64,000 bases of DNA from Rotaria socialis (Eukaryota), in contig CAJNYD010000226.1 of the NCBI GenBank assembly GCA_905331295.1, positions 1 to 64,000 on the forward strand. Reading direction: 5' to 3'. Positions 14,377 through 27,700 of this stretch are shown here, piece after piece. The notes beneath the pieces are model-generated. The model worked only from the letters and a program-made list of their open reading frames with translations, made no database searches and was not told the DNA's origin. Positions within the stretch are counted from its first letter, which is position 1. Each line of letters starts with the position of its first letter. The position numbers and the translations under genes are program-made.

Positions 14377-17327
14377 ATGCCTAGGAAGATATTCGTATTA
14401 TTTTTTTTTATGTTATTTATTAAATCAAATGTTATGAGTGATGATAGATTTATTACAACAGACAACGCCACATTATCGATATTGGCGCATGAACAATCAT
14501 GTATTTATTGTCAAACAGCAGCATGTCATTGTCCCTCCACACAATTTATTTTGAATTGTTCATCGTTTGTATTTAATTTACCATTGATAGAGAATTGTAC
14601 AGAAGTGATTATATGGAAAACCATTGATTTTTCATTGCGTAATCTTACAACATTAGATTTACATAGTCTATTATCATTACGTATGGAACGTTTATTATTA
14701 AAATCAAATTCAATAACATATATATATGATAATATTTTTGATTCATTGGGTGATATTCTCATTGAAATTGATTTAGAAATGAATCAATTATCAAATTTAT
14801 CATCGAAATGGTTAACTTCTAAATTAACTCATTTACAAAAATTAAATTTAGCATTTAATAGATTTGAATTCTTCGATAATATGCACGACATTCAATTGTC
14901 TCATCTACAAGAATTAAATTTATCTCATAATCAAATTAATAGTTTTCCTAATAAAATCTATCAATGGATTTCTTTAATTAAATTGGATTTATCATTTAAC
15001 AAACTGCTTAGTATACCGAGATTTGCTCTTGATGGTCTTAATAATTTAATATGGTTATCTTTAGCATCGAATAGCAAATTAAATTGTAAGTAAAGAAAAA
15101 TAATCAGATGACATATTAAATTTCAATTGGATATATTACACATCGTTAACTACGAAAATAGATCATTTAATTTATCCATTGTTTAAAAACAATTGAGTTC
15201 TATTGAAAATATTAGACGATGAAATCAAATATGAAAAAAAAAACGAATATGTAGAGATGTACACGTACCAATACAAAATCGTATTGTTGATGACTGCTGT
15301 AATTTTATCAATCATATAGGCACTCTTATCATTCGATGTATGAGATTACATGACAATGAACGCGAAGGGTTAGAATTGAGCCTGATTATGAGGTTGAAAA
15401 AAAGTAAAGAGAGATAAAACTATGAGCCAAATTATTGATGTTGGTTTTACTTTGACATCGAGCAAATATTCACTCGTATGGAACATGAATTTTAATTGGC
15501 ATGATTTATGAGTTGAATGAGTGGGATGCGTTTGGTTCAGTAGGTTCTTAAAATTTTACATCAATGAAGATAATATTTACTTAAGAATATTTTTTTTTTG
15601 TAATCGTATTTGTTCACCTCTCATTGTATTTATTTGTTTAAGGTGATAGTTACGCTAACACGTGTAATCGAACTAGAATTTCGAAATTTGAGTAGTACAT
15701 CGTATATTCTTTAAAAAATAAACCGATTTTATTTTTCAATTATAATTGATTTAAAATTGACGAATGCTGATCGGTTTAGAAACATGAAGAGTAGGGTATA
15801 ATGCTATTTATCAATACGTGAAGATCTACATTTCTTTTATCAAAAATGTAAAGAGATGAGAGTGATATAACTAAATCTAAACTCAAAGAGCCAAGAATCG
15901 ATCGTAGTTTTAAAAAAGTTTAGTCAAGATATTTACTGTCCGTCTTCGATAATTCAATAGTACTTGTGATAAATTATAATCATCCATAGATAAAATAGAT
16001 TGACACTCAAATTTGATTATATAGCTGATCGATCGTCTTTTTTTTTGTATAAAACAAAATAAGTCCGATTTGAAAAAGTTGTGAGCTTTATTAAAATAAA
16101 ATTAAGCTTCGTTGTCGTGATTTATCCAATCGAAATATTGCCTTTTTGTATCTTTCACTCACTCAACTAGACTGCAGAGCCAGATGCGCTAAAAAACAAT
16201 GGGTCATAAACATTTGCATAATGATTCTAAACTGTGATTCACTTTTTCCATCGAGTTTCATTCTCTTGTGTAGTCAGAACGTGGTAAAAAAACAAACAAA
16301 AAGATTTTGTGAACCTATTTGAAGATCACTCTTAGGATTGTTCAATAAATTTTCTAATATCGACATCGAACACTTTGTTTTTCGATGTTTGATATTTCAT
16401 AAATAGACAGGCGTCCGTCGTTTTCTGAAAAAAATAAATCACGAAAAAGTCTATCAATAATTATTCTTACTGCCTTTTTCATCTTTCTAATTATTAATCA
16501 TAGGTGTTGTTCAAGATTCCTTCAAATATCTTAAATCATTGAAATACCTTGATTTATCACATACAAATTTATTGAATCTTGATGCATGTATATTTATTCA
16601 ATTAATTGGTTTACAATCATTTTCAATAGAACTTCAATCAGTGAATTGTACGTCTTGTTGGCTGTATATAGCTAAAAAAAAATCACCACAAATATTCGGG
16701 CATTGTCTCGATGAGAAAAAAATTCAACGAATTGATTCTCTTACTGATGAACAAATTAAAAATGCTTGCTCACAATCATCTATTGATTGCACAATCGATT
16801 ATTGTGATCCTGGTTCAATGAAACATCATCAACAAAAAGTTGATACACTATTTCCATTGGATACAACTCCTCATTTAACAAAAAAACGTACAATTAAACT
16901 TATATTTGGTACTCTATTTAGTATAATTACGCTGAGTATCGCAATTGCGTTTATTATTTTAATAATTCGACGGAAACAAAATAAAAAAATATTGTGTTGT
17001 GATCTTTCTCAAACAACAACAACAATAACAACAACAACAACAACAACAACAGCTGAAGAAACACGTCGTCGTCGCCAACAAATAATCGATAAGAACCCAG
17101 GTGTCATTGAATCGGTCGTTACACATGGTGCAAATATGAATGTTCCATCACATCCATATGAGAACTATGCCTATTGCAATGACGAAAATTCGAATAATAA
17201 ACGAAAACTCTATAATCCTATGTTCGCTGACTCTCCAACGTCAGATATCCGACAACAACAACAATCAATAATGGTATCGAATGACAGTACTTCTCAGAGT
17301 AGTCAATTGTATTCTGAAAATCTGTGA
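14377..17327 (+). CDS. Leucine-rich-repeat single-pass transmembrane protein; exons ~14377-15086 and 16504-17327
   Basis: Signal peptide, Cys-rich N-cap, repeated LxxLxLxxN units, LRRCT-like NCTSCW...C...C, TM helix IFGTLFSIITLSIAIAFIILII and a cytoplasmic tail without TIR. Phase-1 splice is in frame. Confidence 0.88.
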
Positions 17328-18281
17328 CTGAAAAAAAATATGAATGAAAGAAAGAGAGAAAACGTTTGAATGAATACAAACACTCGAATATGTAATCTCA
17401 TATGTCTACAACAGAATACAGTGCTTTGTTCTAACGTAAAAAGAGTATGTCTCGATGTATTTGAGAAAAATAATAAACGAGAAAAAAAACACAGTGACGG
17501 ACGAATAGTTAACATAAAGCAACATTTTATTATAGTAAACAATAATCAATACAAGCCAACAGGAAATGTAAGATTATGAAATGAAATATATTAGCTTTTT
17601 TGTTTCTATTATTAAAATCTTCAGTGGTATAGAAACAATATTGAGGCATTGCAATTTCATTTAAAAATACTTTGAGTGCAAAGCAATCGAAAATTAGAAT
17701 TGTGAAATATCATGTGCATGGTGTTGTTAGCCATTGAGAGACGTTTTGTTTTAAAATCCAATTTAGAGACACATTTCTTTGACTACGCCATTTAAAAAAA
17801 TAAATACGGGAATATTTCATAGATGAGACCAATCGATCATTGATAGACAAGCTAAGAAGAAAAATTCCTCTCGATGACTGTTATTATCAGTGTAGAAATG
17901 TCAAACACTGGTGTAAATATTATACAATATGATTCATTGACAGAAAACCTGATTACCCTAGCATATGTGGTCATTGCAATATTTAAATAGTAATTCTATC
18001 AAACTAAACCATTTTTGCAGAGGTGTGTGCTCCAGTACATCAATGAACACAGATAAAAGTATGTTAACATGTCCTTGTACTCAAAACACGCTGACTACGC
18101 TAAGTAGATCATACTGGTATTCAATAAACTGAAACATGATATCCGTAGCCTAGAGAAGAAAAAAATCCACCGCTTTATCTCTCTGTTGCAGCATTCCTTT
18201 TAGGTAAAAATGTCAGACAAATTTCGAATTCAGGTTGTTTTCCGCTCTAAGAATGAAATTTTTATTATTTCCAATAGAACT

Positions 18282-19649
18282 ATGACGACACCACGACATC
18301 ATCTTAATACAGATCATTGGAGTAAAATGCGTATGAATGTAAGTGATATGATCTCTCATATTTTACACATATAAATATATTATCTGAACAATTTTCAAAA
18401 TATGAAGGTGATAAAAAATGCTATCAACACCGAACAACGTGGACGTGTTCTTAGTTGGGAAAAGCATAAACAATCAGCTGCACAACATGAACTCGAAGCA
18501 GCTATTCATGGTACACGAAGTTTACCCCAAAACAACGTTGGACCGGTACATAATTTCCAAGATGTTCTTAAACATGAACTAGATACGTATGTACCTGGTA
18601 GGGCGTACTTTCGTCGGCAATCAGCACGAAGTGTAGATCGAATCAATGCTAAAAAGAACAATATGAAGAAAAGTAAGTGTTTATCTTTAATAAACACTAT
18701 AGATTTGATAATTTAGTATTAAATTTTCATTCGATGTACAATCTTTCGAGAATTATTTGTCTACGTATTCGATCATGAAAATTTAATAGATTCATTATAG
18801 GTATCAATTAGGTACTGTAACATCATAATTACGCATCAACCGATTTCTTTTTGTTCAAAAATCAAATTTTAACTTGTTTCTATGAGAATCAGGTTCATTC
18901 GAAAGGGCCAGAGTAGCAATAAAGATAAGAATACCGAACACTATCACATCTATTCTGTAGCTACTCGATTTGACCTATTTATCAGACAATGCCAATCATA
19001 CTCGTACGATAGTCTAGTGATAGTTCGTTGTTACTATTCGAGCATAGTCTATTTATTCACGATGAAACTGACTTTTGGAAATTTTTCTTAGTTGAACTCG
19101 ACTAGGTTGACATATCAGATTTACTGGTAAATTCTACTCCTCAAACTCATCACATATATATGAATAATAGAGAAAACACAATGGAAGCATTTTTAGAAAA
19201 AGGGTGATTATATTTGAACGCGCAACATCATGAATTTCTATGCGTGAAAAATTCAGTAAATGATACTCAAATACACTGTTAAAAGTTGAAATTGGATACA
19301 AATATTTTTCTTTTGAATACTCGATAGATTAAAAGGTATATTTAAGATAATCTTAAAGGCATGCTATGACCTTGCATTTTGACTTCGAACAATTCAATTT
19401 TTTTTTTATTAAATGCAAAAGCAATTATGTAGGTGTCATATGATAAAATTTAATCCTAAATAACTTTGACACGTATATTTAATTTATTTTTGAACTTTGA
19501 CTTTGACGTCCTAATGTTTCATTTCTTCTTTAGATGATCATTCACTAACGAGTAATTCCCAATATACTCTTCTTACATTACCAACAAATCCACAAAGTGA
19601 TCAAACACGAAGTCGTGTACCCGTTTTGCAATGTCGTGGAAAAATTTAG
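18282..19649 (+). CDS. Small (~145 aa) hypothetical protein; exons 18282-18338, 18408-18672, 19534-19649
   Basis: Three segments flanked by GTAAG donors and AG acceptors splice into one frame, MTTPRHHLNTDHWSKMRMNVIKNAINTEQRGRVLSWEKH...VPVLQCRGKI*. An upstream mini-exon near 18210 is possible. Confidence 0.65.
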
Positions 19650-20067
19650 TTAATTATTTGCTTAGAAAAATTTAATAGAACGTTAAATATAAGAAATTAT
19701 TCAATTTTCTCGACGAAAATAAACAATAATTATACTAAAATCGTAATTTTTTCTCCATGCAACTTGTTTTTTTTTAATTGAAATAAAAATAATCTACAGA
19801 TTTGAATGATATTTTGTCTCTATCATAATATATGGTTAAAAAATTCAACACATTCAAATCATCACTTTATTGTGTGTGAAGAGAGCAATAGTGTTTGCTT
19901 GTATGTGCCGACATCTATTGTTACTTTTTGCTGCTAAACCTCACGACCGATCAATCGAACTGTTTTGTTTTCGCTTACTAGCTGACATAACAATTGCTGT
20001 ATTCAGCATAGGATATGCTTACGTCGGTTTATTCATAGCTGATTTGTAAAAATCAATCGAATTAACG

Positions 20068-21142
20068 ATGGGAAATACTCATACCGCCAATAGTGGTAGT
20101 ACGCTGAAAAAACATATTGAAACAGCAACAAAAACTGGTGTACTTCAATATGATAACAAGAAACTTAAAGAAGTAAATATTAATGAAAATACAATTTCTA
20201 TTATTGTTGACTGTTCATTAGATAAGTCCTGGTTTTTGTCTTCCTAATCTACGAACATTATCATTAAACGATAATGAGCTTCAAACGATTGCTACGGAAA
20301 TTAGTCTAATGGTGAATTTAAAAAATTTAAGTGTTCGAAATAATCAAATTGGTAGGATTTTTATTTTAAGATTTCAACCATATCCTTAATGATCTCAAGA
20401 AACAGAAGAGTTCTTTATTAGGAAAATTCTAATTCATAAATTATGAGCAAATAAATAATACCAAAGGAATCATAAAACTTATTTTGAATTCTTCAGTATA
20501 TTATTCGAACATCTTCTTCGGACTTTTTTCTCAATAGCACAATTACCTGATTGTTTCGGTCAATTGAAGAAACTCGAAAATATTCAATTGGCTCAGAATC
20601 AACTTCGTTCACTACCATCATCATTTGCTAGTCTCAATAGTTTACGACAATTAGTCTTGTCAAATAATAGTTTTACAACTATACCTGAATCAATACTTAA
20701 ATTAACCAATTTGCAATTACTTGATCTATCATCAAATCAAATAACACAAATTCCAGATCAAATTCAAGCGATCCAAGTTGATGAATTAAATCTGAATGAT
20801 AATCGAGTATGATTATTTTGTTTTCTTTTATTTTGTTTTCTTAAATTTTAAAATTTTTAGATAGCAAAAATCTCAGAACATATTCGACTTTGTCCTCGTT
20901 TAAAAACATTACGTATTGATAGAAATAATCTTGCTTTAGATACAATTCCAGCTGGTCTATTAACTGATTCAAATTTATCATTACTTTCATATGAAGGAAA
21001 TCGATTTGATGCAAAAGCTTTTCAAGGAAAAGAAGGATATGAACAAGTAAGAATATCGTTCATGAAAAAATAATTATGTAAACCAATTTTATTATTTTAG
21101 TATATGCAACGGTTTACGGCTAGCCGACGGAAACTCGAGTAG
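20068..21142 (+). CDS. LRRC57: Leucine-rich repeat-containing protein 57 homolog (5 exons)
   Basis: N-terminus MGN...LKKHIETATKTGVLQ, LRR core, CPRLKTLRI and C-terminus EGYEQYMQRFTASRRKLE match the characteristic LRRC57 termini. Confidence 0.92.
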
Positions 21143-21534
21143 GCACTGAATTTTTTCCAAATCTTTCTATTTTTATCGTAAACATAATTTTCATTGTCGC
21201 TTTAACTAATTAATATAAGACCAAATATGTTGTCGTATGAAATCATTTGTATTTACTCTCTTTTATGTATATTTTAATCGTATGCTCTTCTAAAAATATG
21301 TTTTAAAAAAAGAATATCATTACGAATCGTACAATTTCTCGTATACTTACTTTTCTCGCTATATAATCAGGGAAAACTGAATCAAAGCATTCGCTTCATC
21401 AAAATTTGAAAAGCACGTACGATTTTGTAGTTAAATAAAAGTGCACTTGGCTTGTTTGATCGCTAAAATAAATCATTTTCAGGAACTTGATCGTTTCACA
21501 ATTGTGCTGAAATAGATCATCAAGGTAACAGTTT

Positions 21535-22142
21535 AGAACGTCCTTGCAAAAATGTCCTTTAGGCAAAATGTCCTTGGTAAAAACTGTCCTCGGAAAATGG
21601 TCCTTCCTGATTTAATCCTCCGAAAAAATGTCTTTTCAGTAAAATAAAAGCAATGGCAGTCGATAATGTTAGAAATGCAGCTTAGTTTATTATAACAGAT
21701 TAAATTTCATCTTATTTTTCATTCACGACAAACAAGAAAATCCATGCAATAGATCTCGCAGTGCAATCTGCGTATTGTTGAACCGATCATATAATTCTTT
21801 GATTCGTTGTTCAGCAATTCTGGACTTTGATCGTAGGGTGTGTGCAAGAGTATGGCTGCCCAAGTCTAAAAATCTGGCGTTAGATCTTGAACACCAGATA
21901 AGATCATACAAAAAAATCGTTGTTTGTGGAATCTTCCATCAGATTCTTGAAAGATCTTGCTGTATCGTAAGATATGACTACAAGATTTTAGAAAATCTTA
22001 TGCAATATTAAGATCTTTCACGAATATTATGGTACGTGCCGATCTAAGATTTCTGAGACGACGATTTTTTGCTTGATCTAACAAGATCATACAAGATCAG
22101 ATTCAGAATCTTGACAAATCTTAGCATATGATTGTTCCCCTG
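21535..22142. repeat. Degenerate MITE remnants with TGTCCT and AAGATCTT short-motif arrays
   Basis: About 6 spaced TGTCCT motifs at 21539-21635 and many AGATCTT/AAGATC motifs at 21880-22120, as in the element at 44704. Confidence 0.5.
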
Positions 22143-24728
22143 GGTGTGGGATGTGGGTGTGAGGTGTAACTTTGAACAAGAATATAGTAATACCAGACCC
22201 ACACTCCACATCCTCACCCTCAAGTACGTTGGTTTTATGATGTAATCAAACGATATTGATATCAAAATGTCAACAATTATTTTATAATACCTGTCAAGGA
22301 CTAAAGAAGACCTGCTAGTACAAAAAATAGTCCCGATTCTTTGAAATCTTAACATTTTTTTGCGCTTCATGTCTCCTCCTCTCGATACTGTTATACAGCT
22401 CTAGTAAGTAGATCACCAAAAATATTATCTAAAGCTCTGTAAATCGTTTTCCTTCTAGGTGTCTATAGAATAATATTTAAAACAGATCTTCTGATAAAAA
22501 TATCGAACAACATATTTAGTGATAAAGAAGCCAAACTAAAACCATTAGTGTGAACCGAGAACAAAACTACAGCTCTGGCGATCAAGACAATAACGACGAC
22601 TATTGTTGATAGAAATTGTCAGCACGTAATAATTCTGCTCTGCAAAGTTCTTTTTTAGCCGGTCATATGAGAATGATCGTGTTTTTTTCTTAAAACGACG
22701 AATGTAGTTGACTCGTTTCTTGTTATTGAATGATCGTTCAATGTTCTATCAATTGAAAGTAATTTATCAATAACGTCTAATTCAATAAGTGATTCCAAAG
22801 AGTTAATATAATTCCGAAACCATATTTATTATTTCGGAGATGTGAACTTAATTATTTTAAGTTGAAATAGCCATATTTTAAACCAATTATTAGTAAAGAC
22901 AAAACTATCATGCTGCTATCCTATAAGAAAGAAGCGCTCTTTGTACTAGAGTGAGAATTTATGTACAGATATTTTTGATTTACAAAAAAAAACAATAAAA
23001 ACAGGATGATTGTTCCATAAAAGAAAAACTATAGTACGATGTTGCATACTAAGAAAATGTCTATTTAGTCACAATTGATCGTAGCTACCATGTTGTTATA
23101 CGCAACAAGTGATTTGAATACTTTCCGGAGCGTAATTTTTTATGCTGCTAGGACATGTCTTTTAATGCATCGTAAATATTACTGTTGGGTTTCATCAAGT
23201 TGAAATAAGAAAATCATCATTTAAAATATGTTTCCAATCGATCAAATCTTAGGGTATAAACAATAATTACTATTTTCTTACACATACTTTACGCAAATTT
23301 TTATGATTGATGCATGCCGAAGTCGTAAAAGAATTTCAAGATTAGATAGATGAAATGTGTAAAATAATGCTTTACAGGGATATTAAAATAGTTTAGAAAA
23401 CCAAAATGCTAATGTCAGTTTCAATGTATAATATACAAAAGTATTTTTCAGAAATAGAATAGACGCCGGTTACTGAATACTCAGTCCTATTTTTCACGTC
23501 TCTGAATATACGTATATATATATATATATATGTCATATAAAACTTCTACTTTTACATTGAGAAGAAAACTTTCCCGCCAGCAGACAAACGCAATTTTTCC
23601 TTTTCATTCGAACAAGTTTCACATCTTCCCGAAGCATACGATTAATATGAATAATTCAGAAGAATAACATTAACTAAGGGAAAATAGTTGAATTTTTAGT
23701 ATTTTCTTCTTGTAATAAAATCCGCTATGCTCATAGTTCTGTATAGGAGTCGTTTTTGTTTTCATTAACTTTTAAATTAATATAATACGATAGTTCGCCA
23801 GCTATATTCATATTGTCCTAGGAATAGTTTATTCGTCTGTCAACCAACGTAAGTAGTTATGGCCAAGCGGTTATGACAAGCTGCCTATTATCATTTCATT
23901 TGTTATATGTTTCTTCACGGAACAAAAAACAGCAACACTTAAAATAATAGAAATAGGCATTGTCGACGCAGTTCAGTTTTGAATGCAGCAACGCGCTCTA
24001 TTTTTCTCAACTATTCCAACGAGAATAGCAATCATATTTATTATTACGGTGAATCGTGTGCGAAGGTGTTGACGGTTGATGAACATGCAACAATAATGCT
24101 TCGTTATCTTTTTATTTTCTCTACGAGTGGCTTTTTGTTTGAAAAGAAATGAGTTTTTTTTCTTGTCAAACCTATTATATTAGCAGGTTACTAGAATTTA
24201 AAGTAATAAACCCATCTGGTACCCATCATCAATCTTTCTTTATGTTGAATAAGAAACAAAAATTAGTAAAAAGAAAGTCACACTCAAATGACTGAAATAG
24301 AAGATAATATCAAGAAAAGAAATAATAATCCTTTTATAGATCAATGTATTATATATTTTAAACAATTTTTTTCATCATTGAAAAATATTAACTTATTCAT
24401 TAGCTTTCACGTCAAAATTTTAACACACTAATTAGTTATTGCATAAGAATCGTTTTTTTCTTTTTGTATCTTAAGTGTTCTCACAAAAGATAATATAAAA
24501 TAGAAAAGAAAAAGACTTATCCTTTGCTTAACATCTCTTCAGTGTGTTCTTATATTGATTCATAATTACTGAGCGAAAAAACTTTTCTTCTTTTTTCCCC
24601 TCTCGCTATTTTCTCTCGTCTTTTCCCGACCGATAAAAGGACAGCATGGTTGACATCAAAATAACAGCAATGCTAAACACCATATTACTATTCACATTTA
24701 TTTTCTTGCATTTTGATCATAGCCAAGC

Positions 24729-27700
24729 ATGAGCTATTCGTCTTGTTCGGCCTGCACTTGTTCATCAACATCTCATCATCGGTTGATCGCTATCATATCT
24801 ATTTTACTTTTAAATCCATTACCGCTGGTTGATTGTGTGCCAACTGAAAAAAGAAATGCTAATACAAGATTACTACGGCAAAAGCGGCAAACCGATTTTA
24901 ATAATGGTGACATGACGTTCAAGGAAAATACTTTTTCACAGACAGATGAAATCAATTTTGAAGGATTATTAGGTTGGTATTATTTTTAATATTAAAATAT
25001 AAATATAAATAACTCTATCTCATACTAACAGGTTGCAAATATGATCCAAGTGTATGCAAAAGAAATGAAATTTGTTTTGATGGTAAGATGCTTGCACTTT
25101 TGAGTCCTATCAAAAACATTGTAGAAAAGATAAAGTCAGGCACAGAAATAAAGCTTTTTGTCAATCTTTATTTATACACTGAAGTCATTATTGCTAAGCA
25201 CAGATCGTTTTTCGATTATTTTGAGAATATCAAAAATCTGTTTATCAGTGTCATAACTATGCAAATAATTAATTACTGATAAACTAGTGCTGTTGAAAAT
25301 GTTGAAAAAAAACGATCTAATTTATAATTACCTCCAATATTTTTCAAATAGATGCATTCTGGTGGGTAAAAAAACTGAACATTCAACATCTCATTATAAC
25401 ATATATTATACTATCTGAATGCTGTTTTCCTTTCTTTTGTATATTTACTTCTCGTGTATCCGAACATCATTAAGTTTACATTGAAAAGAAAATCATGTTT
25501 TTTCCCCCCTGAAATTATGACTTTTAAAGATGCTAATTATACGATAGAGGTAAACTTTGTCAGCTCGATAGTAACATTTATTTTGTTAAATTAAAGATAT
25601 TCTAAGAGCGCTGTCTATGATTACACTAACAAAAATTCTAATAGGCTTATTTACTGTTAGAACAGTCGATATAGCGGCTTTATTTATTTAAGTGAAATGT
25701 CGTACGGGCGTTGATTTCAAATAATGAATAGGTTTGAAGAAAGCTTACTTTTAAGCAACTCATTAAAAGTTTATAATTAGCTCTAAGACGTTCAATTTGC
25801 AGACGTTGACTGCTTCTATGTTATTTAGCAATTTGAAAGAGTGCCTAACTTTTAATAAGATAATTGACTTTTATTTGTAAATGCCTAGATGAGCTTTTCG
25901 GGCAATGTTGGAATGGTAAAGGATCATCGGGAAAAGCGCTTGTATTGAACAATGGTGTTGATGGAATACGAAATGATCAACTGATGGCATTAGAGTTAAC
26001 TAGACATTTTTTAAGTCGTTACCATCTTGATTGGACAGATTATATGACGCAATGTATTCTTTTACGTATATTAACTGATCATCATGAATTGAATCGAAAT
26101 TCATTAGAATTATTTTATAATGATTGCTTAAATCAAGATGAATTATTAGATGAATTTACGGAAAAGCAACAGGAAAATAATATTAAACGTCGTCAAACTA
26201 AAAAGCATACTAGTAGACAAATTTTCTTCGATGAATATACATAAACCTTTTTGTTTTCTTCTTTCAGCATTTTATCATAAAGATCCATATTCATCTTTTT
26301 TTAAATCTGGAAATTTATTTCATGCTTATGATAATTCATTTGGTGTCCCATCATTTATGAAAGACAATAAAAAATCACGCATACAAGGAACACCTAAAAA
26401 ACAAGTTTCTATTCATTCTAATAACGAGGATCTCGTATTGAAAGAAAAACCAATAGAATTCATCGCAGAAGAATCTTCGATGAGTAAGAAAATGTATTCT
26501 TTTTTTTTAAAATTATATTACTGTTATGATTTACTTTAAGATGAACCAGCAAAAGTCTCAATGCATATTAAGGAAACTCATCCCGGTTTAACAGAAACAT
26601 TAAAAATCAATAGTAATAAACAATTATTAAAAATTTTAAGCTCGGAAACACTCAGTATGAATGATTGCTTTGATTAATATATATATTTTCTATTAATTTA
26701 GGACGTAATAATGTAACATATAATAATGGAACAGTGAACACTAACGATGCAGAACGTTATTTTCTAGTTGAATCAACCCACGGCTACATTGTTATTAATC
26801 GAGAGTATGACTATGCACTTCTCTATTGTCTTTTTTTAATTTCATTTGTCGCTATGTTTTTTTTTATCTAGTTTTGAAAATCAAAAGGAAGGCGTTCGTC
26901 TCTTAGAGCTTATTGCAGAAATGAATCTTTGGCCTGTAGAGATATTTACTGAAGTTAAGTATGGAAAAAATTTAACAAGAAAATAACTTTTATTGAATTG
27001 TGATTTTCTTCTTAGTGTTGATCGACATCTATTAACATTTTATGTTTTGGATAATGTTTATCAAATAAATGCAAGTAGTGTTGCTAGTTCAGTCTGTAAG
27101 TAATTGGTCCTGTTTTTATACGTGTGTTTCACATAGTTATTTAATTTATCCTAAATAGTTCCTAAATTTTTACCAAACATTACTAGTAGAAACAGATTTT
27201 CTATGGGATTATCGACTATATTAAATATCCTGTTTTCCTAAGGATACTCAATTCAATAGTTTAAGTATTCCGAAACTTTAGCAAATTTAAATGAGTAAAA
27301 TGCCTTGAATAATCAAGAACCCTGTTTTGGTGAAGTCGAATTGTTTTATTATTTTTTACTTTAGAATCAAAAAAATAATGAGAATATATCTTGTCTTTGT
27401 TGATATCAAAACGAAATCTATTCCAGCTGTTGACTGAAACTTATTTATTTAAGGTTTTTATTAAAAGTAAAAGTGTTCATCAATTTACGTATATGTATCT
27501 AAGCGGCTCTTGTTACTGTTAGAAAAAGCTTTTCAATTAATAGAAATTTCAGTGAAGTTTTTCTCACACTCACTATTTTTTATGAAGGTCTCATGACTGA
27601 CTGACTGATTGATTAATTAGGTTTCATAACTATAAGTATCATTAAGATTTCAATAAATTATGAATATTGCGAAGAAAATTTGATTCTCTACTTTACTATT

